This document shows, in pieces, positions 59,398 to 64,000 of a stretch of DNA of 64,000 nt. This DNA is from an uncultured bacterium. GTDB lineage: Bacteria; SAR324; NAC60-12. Within the stretch, counting starts at the first letter, position 1, and each line of letters begins with the position of its first letter. The notes beneath the pieces are model-generated. The model worked only from the letters and a program-made list of their open reading frames with translations, ran no database searches and was not told where the DNA came from. The position numbers and the translations under genes were made by a program. The DNA lies in contig CBFIGY010000002.1 in the NCBI GenBank assembly GCA_965662235.1, positions 160,001 through 224,000 of the forward strand. Direction: 5' to 3'.

Positions 59398-59712
59398 AGA
59401 AGCTTGAGGTCGTGCAGGGCGTGTGCGGAAAAGCGAACCATTAGGGCTTCGTCATAAAACGCAAATTTTTAAAGGAGGAGGCCCGCAAAGTCAATCCAAT
59501 TGCGGGCTGGCGGGGGGAAGCGGAAATTGCACTCTGGAACCAGAATCCGAGTTTGGGCTTGCCAAATTCTTCTTCACCTTTATAGTTTCTCGAGTTTTAT
59601 CCACGGCCTTGTGGTTGCCGGTTTTGCGCAGAGCCCTGAATGGGAATTCAGGTGCCCTCATCCCGCCGGACCAGCCAGGCAAGCCCTTGTTACCAAAACG
59701 CAGGTTTTCCTC

Positions 59713-60480
59713 ATGGATCATCGCTTTTCGCGCCTCCTCCTGGGCCTCGCCTTCATTGGAGCCATGTTTGTTGGCCTCCCCGGGGTCAGCTCTGCTCAGG
59801 TGCAAGCCCCTCAACAACCCATTGCATTTGACCACCAGATTCACGTCACGCAAAACGGGATCTCGTGTCAATACTGCCACCTTTATGCACGTCGCTCCTA
59901 CTCTTCAGGAGTTCCTCCCGTCAGCACCTGCATCGGGTGTCACGGGACCAACGAGATGAAAATTGTCCAACCTCCGGCCAATTCTCCGAAGGAGTGGCTG
60001 GACGGCCTGGACACCCTCCGGAACCACTGGGACAAGGGTGAACCCATCCCGTGGGTCAAGGTTCACGACATCCCCGATTTTGTCCGCTTCCCTCACAAGG
60101 AGCACATCAACGTCGACAGCAGCCGCTTTGTTGATGAAGCCGGACGCGGATGTGACATGCAGGCGAATCCCCGTTCGCTGGAGTGCAAGCTTTCCCAGTT
60201 CCGAGCCGGTGGTGACCAGCGCTGTCAAGCGTGCCACGGAAATGTTTCCCAGATGAAGGTTGTGGCCAAGGTGGACCAGAACTTCGGGGGCATGGGCTGG
60301 TGCATGGAGTGTCACCTGCAGGTGAAGGGCGCTGTGGAGCGCAAGCGCGCCATGAGCACCCTCGAGGGGTGGTTCAATGCCAAGGAAAATGATGCCAAGC
60401 GGGAAGCCGCGATGCACTTGGTTGATGACAAGGGCTACCACACCCCGAACATGAACGACTGCTTCACCTGTCACTACTGA
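59713..60480 (+). CDS. actA: Alternative complex III pentaheme cytochrome c subunit
   Basis: Five CxxCH motifs (CQYCH, CIGCH, CQACH, CMECH, CFTCH); 'QPIAFDH..H', 'PIPWVKVH..PDFVRF.H'. Confidence 0.85.
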   Translation: MDHRFSRLLLGLAFIGAMFVGLPGVSSAQVQAPQQPIAFDHQIHVTQNGISCQYCHLYARRSYSSGVPPVSTCIGCHGTNEMKIVQPPANSPKEWLDGLDTLRNHWDKGEPIPWVKVHDIPDFVRFPHKEHINVDSSRFVDEAGRGCDMQANPRSLECKLSQFRAGGDQRCQACHGNVSQMKVVAKVDQNFGGMGWCMECHLQVKGAVERKRAMSTLEGWFNAKENDAKREAAMHLVDDKGYHTPNMNDCFTCHY

Positions 60481-60514
60481 CCCCCATTCTTTTGTCAAAC
60501 ACTCGGAGTTTCTG

Positions 60515-63463
60515 ATGAGCAAAGGCCTGAGTCGAAGAAATCTATTTAAATACATGGGGGTTGCGGGCGCCACTGCAACTGCAGCTGGCTGTCAGCAGAA
60601 GCCGGAGAAGCTGATTCCCATGTTGGTCCCGCCGACCAACTTTGAGTATGCCCCCAGCGAGGCATACAACTACATGACCACCTGCCGCGAGTGCGACGCT
60701 GCCTGCGGGATGATGGTCACGGTTCGGGAGCACCGGGCGCAAAAAGCCGAAGGGAATCCCAACCACCCCCTCAACCAAGGCGCTCTGTGTGCCCGAGGTC
60801 AAGCGTCCATGCAGGCGCTCTACAATCCTGACCGGCTGGCGGCTCCGTCCAGCAAAGCCGGAGGCGCCATCACTTGGGAGCAGGGCCTGAAGGAACTGAC
60901 TCAGCGGCTCAACACCGCCGGAGGACAGGTGGTGTACCTCGGACGTCCTGAAACCGGCACGGGCAAAGCCTTTGTCGCCGAGTGGCTGCAGGCCGTCGGT
61001 GGTGGGCGCAAGGTCACCTTTGACCTGCTCAGCCGCAACGCCCTGGTTGAAGCCAACCGCATCGCCTTTGGCAAGGCCATGGTCCCGGACTACGTCTTTG
61101 AAGAAGCGCAGATGCTGATCAACTTCAGCAGCGACTTCTTGGAGAGCTGGGGCAACCAGGTGGAGAACAGCCGCCGCTTCGTCAACATGCACGCCTACCA
61201 AAACGGTCAGCGTCGTGAGTTTGTCCAAGTAAGCCCGCAGGTTTCCCTGACCGCTTCCAAGGCCGACCGCTGGGTCCCGATCAATCCGGGAACCGAAGGC
61301 CTGATGGCCCTGTCCCTAGCCCACGTGGTCCGGAACCAGAAGGGCGGATACGCCTGGCTGGAGAGCTACTTGGACGCGTATGCGCCTGAAAAGGTGGCCA
61401 GCGCCATTGGGGTTGAAGCCGAAAAGATTACGGAACTCGCAGAAGCCTTCAGTGCTGACACCCCCAGCCTTGCGCTGGGAGGCGGCCCCGTTGCCGCAAC
61501 AGAGGCTGCAGTGGAGATGCAGGTTGCCATCAACATCCTCAACGCAGTCGCAGGCAACCTCAACCGCACGGTAGTCTTCCCGCAGATGAGCCAGGAAGAG
61601 GACACCTCGCATCAGCAGGTGGTGGACCTGATCAACGACCTGAACGCCGGTCGTGTGAAGGTTTTGGTCGTTGACGACTCCAACCCCCTCTACGCCCTGC
61701 CTCCGGAGCTGGGAATGGCAGCAGCGCTGCAGAAGGCGTATGTCGTCAGCCTCGCCTCCATGAAGAGCGAAACCACCAGCGCAGCCGACTTGGTGCTGCC
61801 TGCGCTGACCGCTTATGAGACCTGGGGAGACGCGGCCCCGCGTGCCGGAGTCCGGAGCCTTCAGCAGCCGGTGATGGCGCCTGTGAACACGTTTGACGCC
61901 AAGGCCCGTGAAGATGTGATGATCACGGTTGCTAAAGGAGTCCGCCGGAGTGCCTTTGACGGCATCACGACCTACAAGGATTACCTCCAGAAGGCCTGGA
62001 TGCAGGTTCAGAACGAGACCGGACGTCCCGGACTCTTCGACAACTTCTGGGTTTCCGTCTTGGAAGACGGAGGGGTCTTTGGTTCCACGCCCACCACCAC
62101 GGTGACGCTGTCGAACGCAGTGACGGGTGTTTCCGTGCCTGCTCCAACCCGCAACGAAGGCCTGACCCTACTGGTCTCGTCCTCTTTGCTGAAAGCTGAC
62201 GGAAGCGGCGCCAACAAGCCCTGGCTGCAAGAGGTGCCAGATCCCATGTCTCAGATCGTTTGGGACTCCTGGCTGGAAATCCACCCGGACACTGCCAAGG
62301 AAATGGGCATTGACGACCGAGACGTTGTGGAAGTGACCACGTCTCAGGGAACCCTGAGCCTGATGGCCTACTACTACTACGGCATCCACCGTCAAGCCGT
62401 GGCAATCCCCATGGGACAGGGGCATGAAAGCTCCGGAGCCGCAGCAGATGGATTCGGGGTGAACGTCATGACGCTCCTCCCGGTCAAGCAGGATTCCTCT
62501 GGAAACCTGGTGTTCTCCGGAACCGCTGTAGAAGTGAAGGGCACCGGCAGCAAGGGTTACACTGTCAACATGGACGGCAACCCCCGTCAAGCGGGTCGAG
62601 ACATCGCCGCAGCGGCTACTGTTGCAGAACTGGCTTCAGGAGACGCCGGACACGGCGCAGCCCACAAGCGTAAAACGGAGATGTATCCGGACCGTGCCGA
62701 GACGGCAGGCTACTACAAGCCTTACCGCTGGGGCATGACGATCGACCTCGACCGCTGCACCGGGTGCTCGGCCTGTGTTGTGGCCTGCTATGCCGACAAC
62801 AACATCCCCGTTGTTGGAAAAGAGCGGGCGGCCGTCGGTCGGGAAATGTCCTGGATCCGCCTCGAGCGCTACTTCGAGGGCTACGGGGACGACTTCGAGA
62901 CCCGGATTGTGCCGATGATGTGTCAGCAGTGCGGCAACGCCGGCTGCGAGCCCGTCTGCCCGGTCTATGCGACCTACCACAACCCGGAAGGCCTCAACGC
63001 CATGATCTACAACCGGTGTGTGGGAACGCGTTACTGCTCCAACAACTGCGCCTACAAGGTCCGTCGCTTCAACTGGTTCAGCTATGAGTTCCCGGCTCCT
63101 CTGGATCAGCAGCTCAACTCGACCATGACCACCCGTGAGAAGGGGGTGATGGAAAAGTGCAACTTCTGTGTGCCTCGCCTGACTTACGCCAAGCGGCAAG
63201 CCAAGGCGCTGGGCCGAGACCTTCGGGACGGTGAGGTGATGACGGCGTGTCAACAGACCTGTCCGACCCAAGCCATTACTTTTGGGAACCTCTCAGACCC
63301 GAACAGTCGGGTTTCTCAGTTGGCCATGCGTGACGACATGGAGGAACGTGATCGTCAGTATGAAGTCTTCCCGGAACTCAACTTCAAACCCGCTGTTACT
63401 TATCTCAAGAAGGTGAATACCCGTGAGGTGAGTGGGCACTCGGACGGTGCTGAGCACGCCTGA
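60515..63463 (+). CDS. actB: Alternative complex III subunit B (molybdopterin-oxidoreductase-like domain fused to polyferredoxin)
   Basis: Tat signal 'SRRNLFK' with 'AAGC'; 'PWLQEVPDP', 'WGMTIDLDRCTGCSACVVAC', 'CVGTRYCSNNC', 'GVMEKCNFC'. Confidence 0.88.
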   Translation: MSKGLSRRNLFKYMGVAGATATAAGCQQKPEKLIPMLVPPTNFEYAPSEAYNYMTTCRECDAACGMMVTVREHRAQKAEGNPNHPLNQGALCARGQASMQALYNPDRLAAPSSKAGGAITWEQGLKELTQRLNTAGGQVVYLGRPETGTGKAFVAEWLQAVGGGRKVTFDLLSRNALVEANRIAFGKAMVPDYVFEEAQMLINFSSDFLESWGNQVENSRRFVNMHAYQNGQRREFVQVSPQVSLTASKADRWVPINPGTEGLMALSLAHVVRNQKGGYAWLESYLDAYAPEKVASAIGVEAEKITELAEAFSADTPSLALGGGPVAATEAAVEMQVAINILNAVAGNLNRTVVFPQMSQEEDTSHQQVVDLINDLNAGRVKVLVVDDSNPLYALPPELGMAAALQKAYVVSLASMKSETTSAADLVLPALTAYETWGDAAPRAGVRSLQQPVMAPVNTFDAKAREDVMITVAKGVRRSAFDGITTYKDYLQKAWMQVQNETGRPGLFDNFWVSVLEDGGVFGSTPTTTVTLSNAVTGVSVPAPTRNEGLTLLVSSSLLKADGSGANKPWLQEVPDPMSQIVWDSWLEIHPDTAKEMGIDDRDVVEVTTSQGTLSLMAYYYYGIHRQAVAIPMGQGHESSGAAADGFGVNVMTLLPVKQDSSGNLVFSGTAVEVKGTGSKGYTVNMDGNPRQAGRDIAAAATVAELASGDAGHGAAHKRKTEMYPDRAETAGYYKPYRWGMTIDLDRCTGCSACVVACYADNNIPVVGKERAAVGREMSWIRLERYFEGYGDDFETRIVPMMCQQCGNAGCEPVCPVYATYHNPEGLNAMIYNRCVGTRYCSNNCAYKVRRFNWFSYEFPAPLDQQLNSTMTTREKGVMEKCNFCVPRLTYAKRQAKALGRDLRDGEVMTACQQTCPTQAITFGNLSDPNSRVSQLAMRDDMEERDRQYEVFPELNFKPAVTYLKKVNTREVSGHSDGAEHA

Positions 63464-63490
63464 GCTTTTATCTAACACACGGAGAAATCC

Positions 63491-64000
63491 ATGCACGCAG
63501 CTGCGCTAAACCAATACGACGCTGACGCAGGTCGCGTTGTCATTGACGAGCATCTCGGGCACCCCGGCATTGAAGCAACGACTCTGGACTACGGACAGAT
63601 CAATGACGACATGCTGGCGATGCTGGAGAAGCCGCACCCCTCCTACTTCCTGCTCCTGCTCGGCTTCCTGACCGCGCTGGTGCTGGGGGTCATCAGCCTG
63701 GCCATTCAGGTTGATGTCGGAATTGGTTATTCCGGTATTAGCCACCCGATCATGTGGGGCTTCTACATCACCAACTTCGTCTTCTGGGTGGGTATCGGTC
63801 ACGCAGGAACTCTGATTTCGGCGGTGTTCTACCTCACTCGGGCGCCCTGGCGAACCGCCATCTACCGCAGTGCGGAAGCAATGACGGTGTTTGCGGTCAT
63901 GACCGCCGGCCTCTTCCCGATCCTGCACACCGGACGGCCCTGGCTGGCTTACTGGCTGATCCCGTATCCCAACGAGCGGATGCTCTGGGTGAACTTCAAG
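63491..64000 (+). CDS. actC: Alternative complex III subunit C (NrfD family), truncated by window end
   Basis: Own translation from ATG 63491: 'WGFYITNFVFWVGIGHAGTLISA', 'AEAMTVFAV', 'HTGRPW'. Confidence 0.9.
   Translation, partial: MHAAALNQYDADAGRVVIDEHLGHPGIEATTLDYGQINDDMLAMLEKPHPSYFLLLLGFLTALVLGVISLAIQVDVGIGYSGISHPIMWGFYITNFVFWVGIGHAGTLISAVFYLTRAPWRTAIYRSAEAMTVFAVMTAGLFPILHTGRPWLAYWLIPYPNERMLWVNFK

Overview
Gene-dense bacterial chromosomal window of roughly 60% GC with no rRNA, tRNA, CRISPR or transposase that I can support. The gene mix is consistent with a marine SAR324-like/deltaproteobacterial lineage, but that is an unverified inference. Left part (0.8-24 kb): GntR regulator divergent from a LIV-type ABC transporter plus hydantoin/allantoin racemase, stand-alone MnmD, a Tat-exported PotD-like binding protein, a family-5 ABC transporter, the 2-aminoethylphosphonate pathway phnW-phnA-phnY, an aldo-keto reductase, dgoA, fmt and an orphan ParA. 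Middle (24-48 kb): late flagellar genes on the minus strand, comprising four flagellins, a 1073-aa FliD with internal repeats, two FliS, FlaG-like and FlgN-like genes and an embedded mnmE, interleaved with metabolic and DNA-repair genes. Right part: mutY, a SutA-like protein, a PAS histidine kinase, an orphan CI/LexA-like repressor with a visible operator, mscS, a second LIV transporter and the start of an alternative complex III operon (actABC). The most notable unexplained structure is a duplicated cassette: [conserved structured RNA leader with AUGGA loop] - [unannotated ~110-aa ORF under synonymous-codon constraint] - [GGA-hairpin leader] - [flagellin]. There are also tandem consensus sigma28 promoters driving a ~400-nt GGA-hairpin-rich RNA at the window start. 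Together these suggest a sigma28/CsrA-type post-transcriptional flagellar circuit with an unrecognised protein component (hypothesis).
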